From positions 1 through 64,000 of the forward strand of contig JBHLQH010000002.1 in the NCBI GenBank assembly GCA_048884965.1: a stretch of DNA of 64,000 nucleotides. The letters are read 5' to 3'. Positions 39,037 through 48,812 of the stretch are shown piece by piece. The position numbers and the translations under genes are program-made. This DNA comes from Candidatus Thorarchaeota archaeon (GTDB taxonomy: Archaea; Asgardarchaeota; Thorarchaeia; Thorarchaeales; Thorarchaeaceae). The notes under the pieces are model-generated. The model made no database searches. It worked only from the letters and a program-made list of their open reading frames with translations, and was not told the origin of the DNA. Each line of letters begins with the position of its first letter. Position 1 is the stretch's first letter.

Positions 39037-41370
39037 ATGAGGAGCAGCACGAAACAAGTTATCGTGACATTTCTTAGCATTTCACTTCTGATAGTCTTCG
39101 CCTCACAATATGTCATTAGCTACCCCGGACAGACGACTGAATGTGATGCGTGCCACAACACCCAAGGGGTTCTCACCCTGACATCGAATGCAACTGGTAC
39201 GGTTGAAGTAGAGCTTGGTGGGTCGTTTTCCCTTCTTCTGGATTCTACCGGATATACAGGAGGAGATAACAACTACATCATTAGCTTACAGGCGGGATGG
39301 GAAGACAATAACCAATTCACATTCACGCCAACTGAAGTCGAAGATGGAGGGACTGGGGACTTGGATTCCAGTACCAATGAGATTCAAGCACTCTTCCCGT
39401 TCACAGCGAATAATGCTGGTTCCTTCACCATCCGCTTTTGGGTAGCTGCGGCTGGAGACCTGGCAACCAGCCTAGATGTATCTGTATCGGTCCTAGTACC
39501 TGCAGGAAGTCCTCCAGTCATTGATAGTCCAGCAGATATCGAGTACGACCTTGGCGACACAGGAAATTCAATCGTGTGGACACCCTCCGACGATAATCCA
39601 AGTTCATACGAGATATTTCTAGATAGCATCTCTGTTCGAACAGGAGCGTGGAACACCAGCGGAGAAACCATCTCAATAGTTGTGGATGGACACACTCTTG
39701 GGACGTATAATTACACATTACAAGTAATTGATGGAGATACCCTTTCTGCTAGTGATACTGTATTTGTCACAGTAAACGATCCAATCCCCATCGTAAGTTC
39801 GCCCAGCGATATCACCTACATGGAAGGTGGCACAGGCTACTCAAGGACATGGACAGCTACAGACAATAATCCCAGCTCCTATACGCTCTGGCTCGATGGT
39901 GCGATTCTAAAGACTGGACCATGGAATAGTAGCGGGGAAAGCCTGGTTGTGAATGTGGATGGATTATCTGTAGAGGTTCATAACTACACAGTAGTGTTCA
40001 CAGATTTGAATGATGGAAATGGCACTGATACAGTGCTCGTTCGAGTGAATAGCTATACTCTGCCCACAACTAATCATCCTCCTGATATCATTCAAGCCGA
40101 AGGCGGATCCGTGTATCTGTCGTGGGATGCACATGATCTGAATCCAGATGCCTATATCATATATCTGAATGACAGTAGTGAGAAATCTGGCCAATGGAAT
40201 TCAGCATCTCAAGCGCTCTTCATAAACAAGGGCGGTCTTGGTCTGGGGACTTTCAACTTCACGATTTGGGTAATCGATGATGACCTTAACACAGCCACTG
40301 ATACGGTATGGGTAACTATCTATGATGGGACAGCCCCAGTTCCGGGTTCGCCTTTAGACATCGAATATGATGAGGGTGATTTGGGTACCTATACTGTGTC
40401 TTGGACGCCTTACGACAAGTATCCTGACACCTATGAGGTTCTGAAGGATGGAGTTACAATCAAGTCAGGAGATTGGAACACAAGTTCGGATGTGATCTCT
40501 GTTGATGCTAGCGGGTTATCAGGAGGTGTCTATAATTACACACTAATTGTGACTGATGTAGGCTTGAACATTGGTATCGATACAGTATTGGTCACAGTGA
40601 ACGATATCACCCCACCCACAGTAGATGATGTCGAAGATTTTGCCTATGTTGAAGGTACGACAGGGCATTCGATAGTCTGGTCACCCTACGACCAGAATCC
40701 TACATCATATGAGGTATACCTAGAAACATCACTCTACAAGGAGGGGCTCTGGAACTCGAGCTCGGAAACTATCATCGTGGGAATCGATGGGCTACAGGAG
40801 GGTATCCATAATTTTACGATATATGTCTTCGATGTCAGTGATAATAATGCTAGTGACTATGTCCTCGTTAGTGTAAATGATGAGACTGTTCCACTCATCG
40901 ACAACCCAGCAGATATCGAGTTCAGCTCTGGGGAAACTGGAAATATAATCACATGGACTGCTACTGACTTGCACTTAGAGTCATATACAATCTATCTGAA
41001 TGGTACTGAGGATGATACATATACACTTGGCTCCTCGCCTGCTACTATTCAGTATGATGTGGATGATTTGAGTGAGGGGGTCCATAATGTGACAGTCCTA
41101 GTACAAGATGAGTCAGGCAATTCAGCTTCAGATGAGGTCATCGTAATAGTCATGCCAGCAACATCATCAACAACGACCACGACAACTACGACAGAAACAT
41201 CGACCACCACAACAGATTCCACAACGGGTTCCACAGATACCACAGATGGTCCTGAACCAGTCAATCCGACCCTACAGAACTATATCAACACAGTCTATAT
41301 CACATGGATTGCTTCAATCATTGCAATCATTGTTGGCTCAGAGGTATATAGACGGAAGTATGGTGATTAG
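39037..41370 (+). CDS. cell-surface protein: N-terminal CxxCH domain, six Ig-like repeats, Thr-rich linker, TM anchor
   Basis: Signal peptide; CDACH; six ~92-aa repeats P...P.DI.Y..G.TG..I.W...D..P..Y....G.WN...DGL..G..N(Y/F/V)T...D......D.V.V.V; poly-Thr; TM plus RRK. Confidence 0.85.
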   Translation: MRSSTKQVIVTFLSISLLIVFASQYVISYPGQTTECDACHNTQGVLTLTSNATGTVEVELGGSFSLLLDSTGYTGGDNNYIISLQAGWEDNNQFTFTPTEVEDGGTGDLDSSTNEIQALFPFTANNAGSFTIRFWVAAAGDLATSLDVSVSVLVPAGSPPVIDSPADIEYDLGDTGNSIVWTPSDDNPSSYEIFLDSISVRTGAWNTSGETISIVVDGHTLGTYNYTLQVIDGDTLSASDTVFVTVNDPIPIVSSPSDITYMEGGTGYSRTWTATDNNPSSYTLWLDGAILKTGPWNSSGESLVVNVDGLSVEVHNYTVVFTDLNDGNGTDTVLVRVNSYTLPTTNHPPDIIQAEGGSVYLSWDAHDLNPDAYIIYLNDSSEKSGQWNSASQALFINKGGLGLGTFNFTIWVIDDDLNTATDTVWVTIYDGTAPVPGSPLDIEYDEGDLGTYTVSWTPYDKYPDTYEVLKDGVTIKSGDWNTSSDVISVDASGLSGGVYNYTLIVTDVGLNIGIDTVLVTVNDITPPTVDDVEDFAYVEGTTGHSIVWSPYDQNPTSYEVYLETSLYKEGLWNSSSETIIVGIDGLQEGIHNFTIYVFDVSDNNASDYVLVSVNDETVPLIDNPADIEFSSGETGNIITWTATDLHLESYTIYLNGTEDDTYTLGSSPATIQYDVDDLSEGVHNVTVLVQDESGNSASDEVIVIVMPATSSTTTTTTTTETSTTTTDSTTGSTDTTDGPEPVNPTLQNYINTVYITWIASIIAIIVGSEVYRRKYGD

Positions 41371-41479
41371 TCTCACCTTCTCGGTTGCCATTGAATGAAA
41401 GAATCAGGAAAATTGCGTCGAACACTAGTGATTTTCAATTATCCTTCTGGTTTTTCCCTAGGAAAGAATCAGATTGGCG

Positions 41480-42532
41480 ATGGAAGAAATGAGAAAACTA
41501 CCAACTACATTCAAGGTTATTATTGGTATCGCGTTGCTTGTGAATTTGGCGTCATTTCCAGTTACTACTGTATCAAGTAATTCAACACCATATCCAATGG
41601 CAGCATACGAGATAGCTCAGACAACAGATCTCTCAGGAGTGACAGTCGGTCTCTACGAGAGCTATCATTCATCAACTGATAATAGGATTGAGCTAAGTCG
41701 CACAGCGTTATACAACATGTTCCGCTGGATGAATGCTACCGTGCATATCTTGAACAGGACAGATATTCTCAATGGAGCTCTCTGGACATGTGAGATTCTC
41801 TGTATTCCAGAGGGACTCGGACCCTATATCCAATCGAACTTGGGATATGATGCGATGGACATGATCAAGGAATGGATTTCCTTAGGAGGTTCGTACATGG
41901 GCGTTCGGGGAGCGTCGACAATAGCATTCAGTGACGGATATTTCGAAGGAAATGCTGAAACCTTCTATATGGACCTCATCAATGGAACCTCTATCGGAAT
42001 GTCCAGCTATGGATATATCGTGATGTCTGAATTAGAATTGAACAAGGACATTACGAGCGGACCGGATTTCTCATCATTCCCAAATACCATGAACGTGTTC
42101 TGGCGGACTGGCAGATATTTCGAAGCCAATGAGGGGCAGGAGATGATAACCCTTGCTAGTTATACTTACAACGACCAGCCAGCGATTGTTGCCGCAAAAT
42201 ATGGTGAAGGAAATGTCCTGGCATCAAGCCCACAATTCGAGTTTGAAGAGGATGATGATAGGGATGGGGTCGATTACTATGATGAATCCTATGATGACCC
42301 GGATTCCGAATGGCCATTGGTACTGGAAATCTGTAAGTGGATGATAGAGGACTCTCCTACTGTCGCAAACACCACTACATGGGCGTACCCAGAAACATCT
42401 GATACTGCATCATCTACTACGGATGATACTAATCAACCTTTGATCATTCCAATGGAAACCATAATGCTAACCATTGGAATTGTAGCAGTAGTCGCAATCG
42501 TTGCCACGGTAGTTCTCATGAAGAAGCGATAG
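41480..42532 (+). CDS. secreted/anchored BPL-N (class I glutamine-amidotransferase-like) domain protein
   Basis: LCIPEG, IKEWISLGGSYMG, LASY...PAIVAAKYGEG.V..SSPQFE; signal peptide and C-terminal TM plus KKR. Confidence 0.7.
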   Translation: MEEMRKLPTTFKVIIGIALLVNLASFPVTTVSSNSTPYPMAAYEIAQTTDLSGVTVGLYESYHSSTDNRIELSRTALYNMFRWMNATVHILNRTDILNGALWTCEILCIPEGLGPYIQSNLGYDAMDMIKEWISLGGSYMGVRGASTIAFSDGYFEGNAETFYMDLINGTSIGMSSYGYIVMSELELNKDITSGPDFSSFPNTMNVFWRTGRYFEANEGQEMITLASYTYNDQPAIVAAKYGEGNVLASSPQFEFEEDDDRDGVDYYDESYDDPDSEWPLVLEICKWMIEDSPTVANTTTWAYPETSDTASSTTDDTNQPLIIPMETIMLTIGIVAVVAIVATVVLMKKR

Positions 42533-42544
42533 ACCTACAGTAGT

Positions 42545-42567
42545 GAGGGTTGGCTAGTTCAACCCTC
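42545..42567 (+). terminator. hairpin terminator after the BPL-N gene
   Basis: GAGGGTTG/CAACCCTC inverted repeat 12 nt after the stop, with TTTT shortly after. Confidence 0.5.
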
Positions 42568-42599
42568 GGAGCTGGTTTTCAGTATCTACCAAATCATTC

Positions 42600-42761
42600 A
42601 TGAGCAGAAATGCGGAGCTAATTCCTAGTATGTCATGCGAAACATGTGGTACTGTTCTCAAGTATGGTAAGCGAATTCCTAGTGGAAAGAAACTCTGCAT
42701 TGATTGTTGGAAATCGGAGAAGAAATCAGAGGATAAGAAGGGGAACGACGACCCCAAGTAG
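42600..42761 (+). CDS. unannotated 53-aa zinc-finger microprotein
   Basis: Manual translation MSRNAELIPSMSCETCGTVLKYGKRIPSGKKLCIDCWKSEKKSEDKKGNDDPK; CxxC-x16-CxxC; same strand as its neighbours. Confidence 0.65.
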   Translation: MSRNAELIPSMSCETCGTVLKYGKRIPSGKKLCIDCWKSEKKSEDKKGNDDPK

Positions 42762-42771
42762 TCTAAAATAG

Positions 42772-43806
42772 TTGTTTCGTAATTCGATGATATCGCGCTA
42801 TCAAAGGAGAGTTGTCAATGTGATTCGAAAAATCCTCAGATTTATTCCACCATTACTGGTTGCAGGTGGAGCGTTATTTGCTGCAATGTGGTTCATTAAC
42901 CAAATTACTGAAGGCCTAATAGCTAGATTCCCAGGCGCGGACACCTACGATTTGATACCATTGCTTCCGATTGGATCGGTAGGGTATATGGAGCAGGATA
43001 TCAGTTGGCTATTGACTTGGATTGCACCAATTATGGTGGTCGAATACTTTATCCTTGGTATCCCGATCTCTGCACTAATGCTTGTAATTTCAAAATATAT
43101 CAAAGGTACTTCACATAATATTGACATAATTCAAACAGGGAACAAATTCGGAGCTCGGAGAATGATACAAAGAAGTGTTATTCCTGCACTCCTCGCTCTT
43201 GCTCTGGGTAGTGTTATACAGTCATATCTCGCAAATTCTCTGATAAACGTACCACAACAGTTGATTGAAGATTTTCCAGATCAAATACTTCCATTTTGGA
43301 ATCCCTTATTTTCCATTGTGGTTGGTTTGATTGCAGTACCTATTGTTATGATAATATACATCCCTACTTGGATTCTCAATGATGCAGGAATCACATTCCA
43401 CCTCAAGGAAAATCAACTCGATGTCCGGAGATGCCCTGAATCTATTGGAGTAGGACGTTGGTGGAGCAATCTCTTAGGAGGTTTCACGATTCTTGTAGTA
43501 CCAGTATACTCATTCGTGCAATATTTCGTAGTTCCCTTTGTTGTCTCAGGAAACATTGTGCTTGAGAGCATTCTAAGAGGGTTTTTCCTTACATTTGCCG
43601 TGCCTATGCTTGGAATAGCGTTTATGCTACCAATCGTCATCTTCAATGAGATGGCTCTTGGCTTGAGCAGAAGATGGATACGGCGTGTTGCTAGAGCTCT
43701 TGGTGCACGAGAGATGAAGCTTCAAACAATCCTCACCGAAACAGAGATCATCGACAAAGAAACAGAATTTGGATGGGGATATTCGACAACAAAGAAGGCA
43801 AAGTGA
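42772..43806 (+). CDS. hypothetical polytopic membrane protein
   Basis: About 6 TM helices; PTWILNDAGI motif; true start probably GTG near 42820. Confidence 0.7.
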   Translation: MFRNSMISRYQRRVVNVIRKILRFIPPLLVAGGALFAAMWFINQITEGLIARFPGADTYDLIPLLPIGSVGYMEQDISWLLTWIAPIMVVEYFILGIPISALMLVISKYIKGTSHNIDIIQTGNKFGARRMIQRSVIPALLALALGSVIQSYLANSLINVPQQLIEDFPDQILPFWNPLFSIVVGLIAVPIVMIIYIPTWILNDAGITFHLKENQLDVRRCPESIGVGRWWSNLLGGFTILVVPVYSFVQYFVVPFVVSGNIVLESILRGFFLTFAVPMLGIAFMLPIVIFNEMALGLSRRWIRRVARALGAREMKLQTILTETEIIDKETEFGWGYSTTKKAK

Positions 43807-43813
43807 GTTCAGT

Positions 43814-43832
43814 GAAGCCTCTCTGAGGCTTC
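43814..43832. terminator. hairpin between convergent genes
   Basis: GAAGCCTC/GAGGCTTC inverted repeat followed by TTCTTTTT on the + strand. Confidence 0.5.
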
Positions 43833-43854
43833 TCCTCACCATTCTTTTTAGCTA

Positions 43855-45537
43855 TTAGAATATCTTTGGCTCATCCCATTCTCCAAAGACATCACGCCAG
43901 ACATCGCAAATCTCGCCAATAGTGGCATATGCCTTGACGGCCTCCACGACATGCGGCATGATATTATCGGTGCCTTCAGATGCTTTTCTGAGCCCATTGA
44001 GAGCTTCCTGCACCTTTGTGTTATCGCGGTCTCTTCGGAGCTTCTGAGTTCGCTCAGCTTGCTTCCGCTCGATTTCAGGGTCAATCTTGAGAACGGGAAT
44101 AGTAATCTGCTCACCTTCGAGGACAAAGTCGTTCACTCCAACGATGGTTCGCTTCTTTGTCTCAATCTCTCGTTGATAACGATAAGATGCTTCCGCTATC
44201 TCGCGTTGGGGATAGCCCTTCTCAATAGCAGGGATGACACCACCCATGCTCTCGAACCTGTCAAAGTACTTGTAGGCTTCTTCCTCAAGCTCATTTGTCA
44301 ACGCTTCGACATAGTACGAACCTGCCAATGGATCAATGGTGTTTGGAACTCCGCTCTCATAGGCAAGAATCTGTTGGGTACGCAATGCTACGCGGACAGC
44401 TTCCTCTGTTGGAAGACACAATGCTTCATCCATTGAGTTCGTGTGCAATGATTGAGTTCCGCCAAGAACTGCAGCAAGGGCTTGATACGCAGTCCTGACT
44501 ACATTCACCATGGGCTGCTGTGCAGTCAATGAACAACCCGCGGTCTGGGTGTGGAATCGCATCCAGAGAGATCTGTCCTTCTTGGCACCGAAGGTCTCTT
44601 TCATCTCACGAGCCCATATCCTTCGAGCCGCCCTATACTTGGCAACTTCCTCGAAGATGTCATTGTGTGCATTAAAGAAGAATGAAAGGCGTGGAGCAAA
44701 ATCATCGACATCCTGACCAACAGCGATGCCAGCTCGAACATATTCCATTCCGTTTGCAAGCGTGAATGCCAGTTCTTGAGCAGCTGTGGAACCAGCCTCT
44801 CTGATGTGGTATCCGCTGATAGAGATAGTGTTCCATCGCGGGATATGCTTAGTCGCATACTCCATGATGTCAGTGATAATTCGCATTGAAGGTGCGGGGG
44901 GATATATCCAGCTCTTCTGCGCCATGTACTCCTTCAAGATATCATTTTGAATGGTACCTCCGATCTTGTCAGAGGATACACCCTGCTTCTGTGCTGCGAC
45001 CATATACATCGCAAGGAGTACACTTGCGGGAGCATTGATTGTCATTGATGTGGTGACCTGTTCCAATGGAATGCCATCGAAGAGGATCTCCATGTCCTTT
45101 AGGGTGTCAATAGCAACTCCAAGCTTGCCAACCTCACCAAGGGAATAAGGATGATCAGAGTCCCTTCCAAAGATCGTTGGCAGGTGAAAGGCAACGCTCA
45201 GGCCGGTCTGACCATTCGCAAGGAGAAACTTGTAACGCTTGTTTGATTCCTCAGCATTCCCCATTCCAGCGAATTGTCGCATGGTCCAAAGCCTACCACG
45301 ATACATGGTTGGCTGAACGCCACGTGTGAATGGATATTCGCTGGGGAACCCAAGGTCCTTGTGATAGTCAAAGTCAGGGATGTCAAGAGGAGTGTAGATC
45401 CGTGCGATAGGTTTACTAGAAACAGTGATGAATTCATCTTGCCGTTCAGGATTCCCCCTCTCATGTTCAGCAAAAGTTGTTTCTTCCCATTTCTTCTTTG
45501 CATTTGCCAGCTTCTTGAGTTCGTCGTTTGACATCAC
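43855..45537 (-). CDS. second acyl-CoA mutase large subunit, isobutyryl-CoA-mutase (IcmA)-type residues
   Basis: Full MCM-family motif set, but WTMRQFAG (Phe for Tyr) and KEYMAQK (Gln for Arg). Confidence 0.88.
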   Translation of the reverse strand: MMSNDELKKLANAKKKWEETTFAEHERGNPERQDEFITVSSKPIARIYTPLDIPDFDYHKDLGFPSEYPFTRGVQPTMYRGRLWTMRQFAGMGNAEESNKRYKFLLANGQTGLSVAFHLPTIFGRDSDHPYSLGEVGKLGVAIDTLKDMEILFDGIPLEQVTTSMTINAPASVLLAMYMVAAQKQGVSSDKIGGTIQNDILKEYMAQKSWIYPPAPSMRIITDIMEYATKHIPRWNTISISGYHIREAGSTAAQELAFTLANGMEYVRAGIAVGQDVDDFAPRLSFFFNAHNDIFEEVAKYRAARRIWAREMKETFGAKKDRSLWMRFHTQTAGCSLTAQQPMVNVVRTAYQALAAVLGGTQSLHTNSMDEALCLPTEEAVRVALRTQQILAYESGVPNTIDPLAGSYYVEALTNELEEEAYKYFDRFESMGGVIPAIEKGYPQREIAEASYRYQREIETKKRTIVGVNDFVLEGEQITIPVLKIDPEIERKQAERTQKLRRDRDNTKVQEALNGLRKASEGTDNIMPHVVEAVKAYATIGEICDVWRDVFGEWDEPKIF

Positions 45538-45627
45538 ACGTATCTCCTGTAGCAGGACTGACTATCACGCCTAAATGACCTAATATTAACTGTTCGATTT
45601 CTACCCTTATGCAATTTGAGATGTCGG

Positions 45628-46191
45628 TTAGAACTCGAACCCTTTCCTTGCAGGGAGTTTCTGCTCTCCATAATAGTGTTTGATCTCACGCATCTCTGTC
45701 ACCAGATCAGCGACTTGAATGACCTCATCTCGAGCATACCTTCCAGTCATGATAAGTTCGACGTCGGAAGGTTTGAGAGAAATGAGAGCCAATTGCTGAT
45801 CAAGCGAGATGAGGTTCCATTCAACTGCTACATTGATCTCATCAAGTATGAGCACATCGCATTTGTGATCTCGCAAAGCATCCTGTGCAAGCTTGAGCGC
45901 ATCCTGGGCCATTTGGATATCGATTGGATCGGGGTTCTCCTTATCTACCCATGATTCTCGGCCCATAGGAATGATGGAGAAATTCGGGATAGCCTCGATG
46001 GTTCTAAACTCCCCATAATTCACACCCTCACCGTCACCACGCCACGCAAGCTTGGCTTTCATGAAGGAGATAACAAGGACCTCAAACCCATGTCCGGCAG
46101 CGCGGAGCCCTGCTCCAAGCGCACAGGTCGTCTTCCCTTTCCCATTCCCCGTGTAGACTTGAATCCTCCCAGCAGTGTCGGGCTTCTTCAT
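45628..46191 (-). CDS. cobO: cob(I)yrinic acid a,c-diamide adenosyltransferase (CobA/CobO/BtuR)
   Basis: YTGNGKGKTT.A.G, ILDEI, ELIMTGR, ADLVTEM..IKH, ARKG.EF. Confidence 0.93.
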   Translation of the reverse strand: MKKPDTAGRIQVYTGNGKGKTTCALGAGLRAAGHGFEVLVISFMKAKLAWRGDGEGVNYGEFRTIEAIPNFSIIPMGRESWVDKENPDPIDIQMAQDALKLAQDALRDHKCDVLILDEINVAVEWNLISLDQQLALISLKPSDVELIMTGRYARDEVIQVADLVTEMREIKHYYGEQKLPARKGFEF

Positions 46192-46205
46192 GGGTCGATC
46201 ACCAT

Positions 46206-46835
46206 CTATTTCATCTTCAGTAGGAGTTCTGCTATACGAGTGCCGAGCTTCTCGCTACCTCGAATTGCTAATGCATCATCCTTTGCAGATCGCCAATTAC
46301 CTTCATCAGTCTGAAGTGCTCCAGAGCCAAACGTACCATCCTTCACGGGACTTCCAGAAGCTCCAACAACGATCATACCTTGTGCAATTGCGTATCTGTT
46401 CAAGAAATCGATTACGTGTTCTTGTCCTCCGTAGCGTAATCCTGCATAGGTGATTGAGCCAAAGAGCTTGTCCCTGAGCTGGTGATCCTGCATCTTCATG
46501 TAACGAGAGCGATCAATGAAATCCTTGAGTACTCCAGGAACAGATGTGAAATATGACGGTGCAGCAATGATGATTGCATCTGCTTGTAGTAGTTTCTCCT
46601 CAATCTTAGACATCTCATCATGTTCACTCTCAGGACACGGTTTCTTGCGAACACATGAATCGCATCCTGTGCAGTGGCGAATCTCAAAATCGCTAATGTC
46701 AAGCAATAGTGTGGTGGCTTGCTTGGTATCTCCATCTGATAGGACGCCCGAAGCAGCCTCTAGTGCTTTCTGAAGCAGGAATCGTGTATTAGAGTTCGCT
46801 TTCTTGGGGGATCCGCAAATTCCGACTATAAGCAT
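46206..46835 (-). CDS. iron-sulfur flavoprotein (flavodoxin-like, Isf family)
   Basis: GSPKK..NT, CTGCDSC....C, ADAIIIAAPSY, LKDFIDR, GGQE. Confidence 0.88.
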   Translation of the reverse strand: MLIVGICGSPKKANSNTRFLLQKALEAASGVLSDGDTKQATTLLLDISDFEIRHCTGCDSCVRKKPCPESEHDEMSKIEEKLLQADAIIIAAPSYFTSVPGVLKDFIDRSRYMKMQDHQLRDKLFGSITYAGLRYGGQEHVIDFLNRYAIAQGMIVVGASGSPVKDGTFGSGALQTDEGNWRSAKDDALAIRGSEKLGTRIAELLLKMK

Positions 46836-46899
46836 CTGAAAACCCTCGTGTAATCAGGAGTTGGGGGCTCGGTCTTGTACTTTTGTCTTTCGTACGAAC

Positions 46900-47568
46900 C
46901 TACTTGTGAAGCTCCTTCCCTTTGACCCCGAACGCTTTGCTCATCTTGTTCATCTCATCTGCCTTGTCAGGGTTACCAAGATCTACGTACAATTTTGACA
47001 TGAGAGAGTAGACCTGCTCGAGACCTCGATAGTTCTCCACCCTGGAAAGGATACCTGCTGCATCCTCGGCGACATAGACCGCTTGCTCATACAGACTCTT
47101 CCCCTTGAGGATGTTCGCTCTGACAAGCAAAGTCCACCCTACTACCTGTTGCATCTCAGAATCATCACTATCGATACCTCCTGTAATGATATCAGCGAAG
47201 TGCATCTCTGCGTTCCTGAGATCTCCTTCGTTCAAAAGTCGAATGCCAACGGCCAGTCGAGAACGAGCGATCTGGACCAAGTCACCGGATTCAATCGCGA
47301 GCTGAAGATAGCGTTCAGCTCGGTTCAAGGAACCCTCTGTTTCACCCAAGTTGCTAAGAGCCTCGTCCATGCGCATCAGGCAATAGGACAAAACACGCTT
47401 CTGTTCTAGATCTTCATCAGGTGAGAGATCAGTTAGAGAGAGAAGGAGCGATTCAGCTTTCTTATACCTCTCAAGCTCTCTCTTGCTATCTTCATCAGCG
47501 ATAGCATCCCACATTGCAGATTCAATCATCTCCTCCGCGGATTTGATGACTTCTTTCGGAGTAGCCAT
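46900..47568 (-). CDS. TPR-like helical repeat protein
   Basis: Amphipathic helix pairs (A...L..G..L...G....A..H; M..LY.DLG..DKA). Confidence 0.6.
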   Translation of the reverse strand: MATPKEVIKSAEEMIESAMWDAIADEDSKRELERYKKAESLLLSLTDLSPDEDLEQKRVLSYCLMRMDEALSNLGETEGSLNRAERYLQLAIESGDLVQIARSRLAVGIRLLNEGDLRNAEMHFADIITGGIDSDDSEMQQVVGWTLLVRANILKGKSLYEQAVYVAEDAAGILSRVENYRGLEQVYSLMSKLYVDLGNPDKADEMNKMSKAFGVKGKELHK

Positions 47569-47614
47569 TTGAGTTCAACAAGTCATACACAGAGAGTCTT
47601 AAAGACTTTGCAAG

Positions 47615-48352
47615 CTAGTTCAAGACCTCACTCAATGACTGAGCAATCTCACTTACTGCAGTGGTTGCGCCAATCTTACTGCCATCCTTATGAGGAGCAC
47701 CTATGACAGTAAGGGATTGAACTCGAAGAACTTGGACGGAATATCCGAGGACATCGTAAGTAGTCGGAACGATATCTGTGGAGGGAGCTACAGATTCATG
47801 GATGAGCTCGTCCCAGATATTTGCAAGATGGTTCTTTGGGATGTTGCCAGCAAGCATTCTTCCACTAGCATCAATAATCCCTGCATAGGCCAATCCAGAA
47901 TTCTCTAATGCTCGATCAAGCATAATCTCAATAGTGGGCACGAGCTCGGCATCTGAAGGTAGAAGATCGGAGTTGATGTAATTACCAACCAATGCATCCA
48001 TGCCTTCAATTGGACTCATACTTCCATGCCAGATTGTGATAATCTTGCCATAGTTCTGTGCTATGTGTCTGCCCAAGGCAACCATCTTTCTTGATAGCGC
48101 AGTCACATCTTCATCGTTCGATACCAACACAAGAATAGTGAAAGACTCGAAGAAAACATACACCCATTGATTATCATTCTGTTCTAAGATATATGGTTGA
48201 CCAGTTGCTGTGCTCTCTCGGGAAGTAAACAGTGTCACGCAAGCTCGCACATGAGATGGAAGGGGTGCATCATATACGTGACCGTTATCATTGTATAGAA
48301 CGCCATACAGCATCTCACCATTGCTTTTGATGACAAATGCACCTTCGATCAA
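47615..48352 (-). CDS. longin-like plus roadblock/LC7-like two-domain protein
   Basis: N-domain (I..AFVI..NG..LY...W.G) has a longin pattern; C-domain (L....G...AGIIDASG..LAGN...I...L) has a roadblock pattern. Probable TTG start at 48352 after a purine-rich SD. Confidence 0.6.
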   Translation of the reverse strand: MIEGAFVIKSNGEMLYGVLYNDNGHVYDAPLPSHVRACVTLFTSRESTATGQPYILEQNDNQWVYVFFESFTILVLVSNDEDVTALSRKMVALGRHIAQNYGKIITIWHGSMSPIEGMDALVGNYINSDLLPSDAELVPTIEIMLDRALENSGLAYAGIIDASGRMLAGNIPKNHLANIWDELIHESVAPSTDIVPTTYDVLGYSVQVLRVQSLTVIGAPHKDGSKIGATTAVSEIAQSLSEVLN

Positions 48353-48493
48353 GTCGGTCCCCTTCCTTGGCACAACAATCAAACCAGTCATAAGACTTCT
48401 GTGTGCGTATTCGATAGAATGTTTGGAGCGGAAGGAAGGCCACAGTCCATGAGTTTTTATGTTCGTAAGGAGCATTGAAGCGGGGTTGCTCTC

Positions 48494-48805
48494 ATGTCGA
48501 AGAAGAAGAAAATGGCAGAGCGTATCAAACGCACACGATACGATATCTTTGCAGAGCTGATTCGTGTCATCATGGTCTATGGCTACTGCCCACTAACAAG
48601 AGCTGCGCGATCTACCAATATGCCCGTGGATAGAGCAAAAGAGAGCATCCTAGAGCTAGTCGATAGAGGACTGCTACAATCCGATGATGATGAGGGTGGT
48701 ATCGTATACAGCGTTACTGTACGTGGTCACCAGTACCTTGAGATATATAAGCGACTGGCAGGACTTGTAGGCATCCCGATTCCAGAGCCCATCATCGGGA
48801 TGTAG
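48494..48805 (+). CDS. archaeal winged-helix regulator (HTH_45/COG3432-like)
   Basis: KRTRYDIFAELI...TRAARSTNM...LVDRGLL...YSVTVRG..YL. Confidence 0.85.
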   Translation: MSKKKKMAERIKRTRYDIFAELIRVIMVYGYCPLTRAARSTNMPVDRAKESILELVDRGLLQSDDDEGGIVYSVTVRGHQYLEIYKRLAGLVGIPIPEPIIGM

Positions 48806-48812
48806 TGATGTA

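Noticed and set aside
41160-41245. ACA/ACC/ACG-rich low-complexity repeat
   Set aside because: Encodes the Thr-rich linker of the surface protein; not a CRISPR array or DNA-level repeat.
42554-42757. 67-aa - strand ORF in the track
   Set aside because: Antisense to a more plausible CxxC-CxxC microprotein that is co-oriented with the flanking genes.
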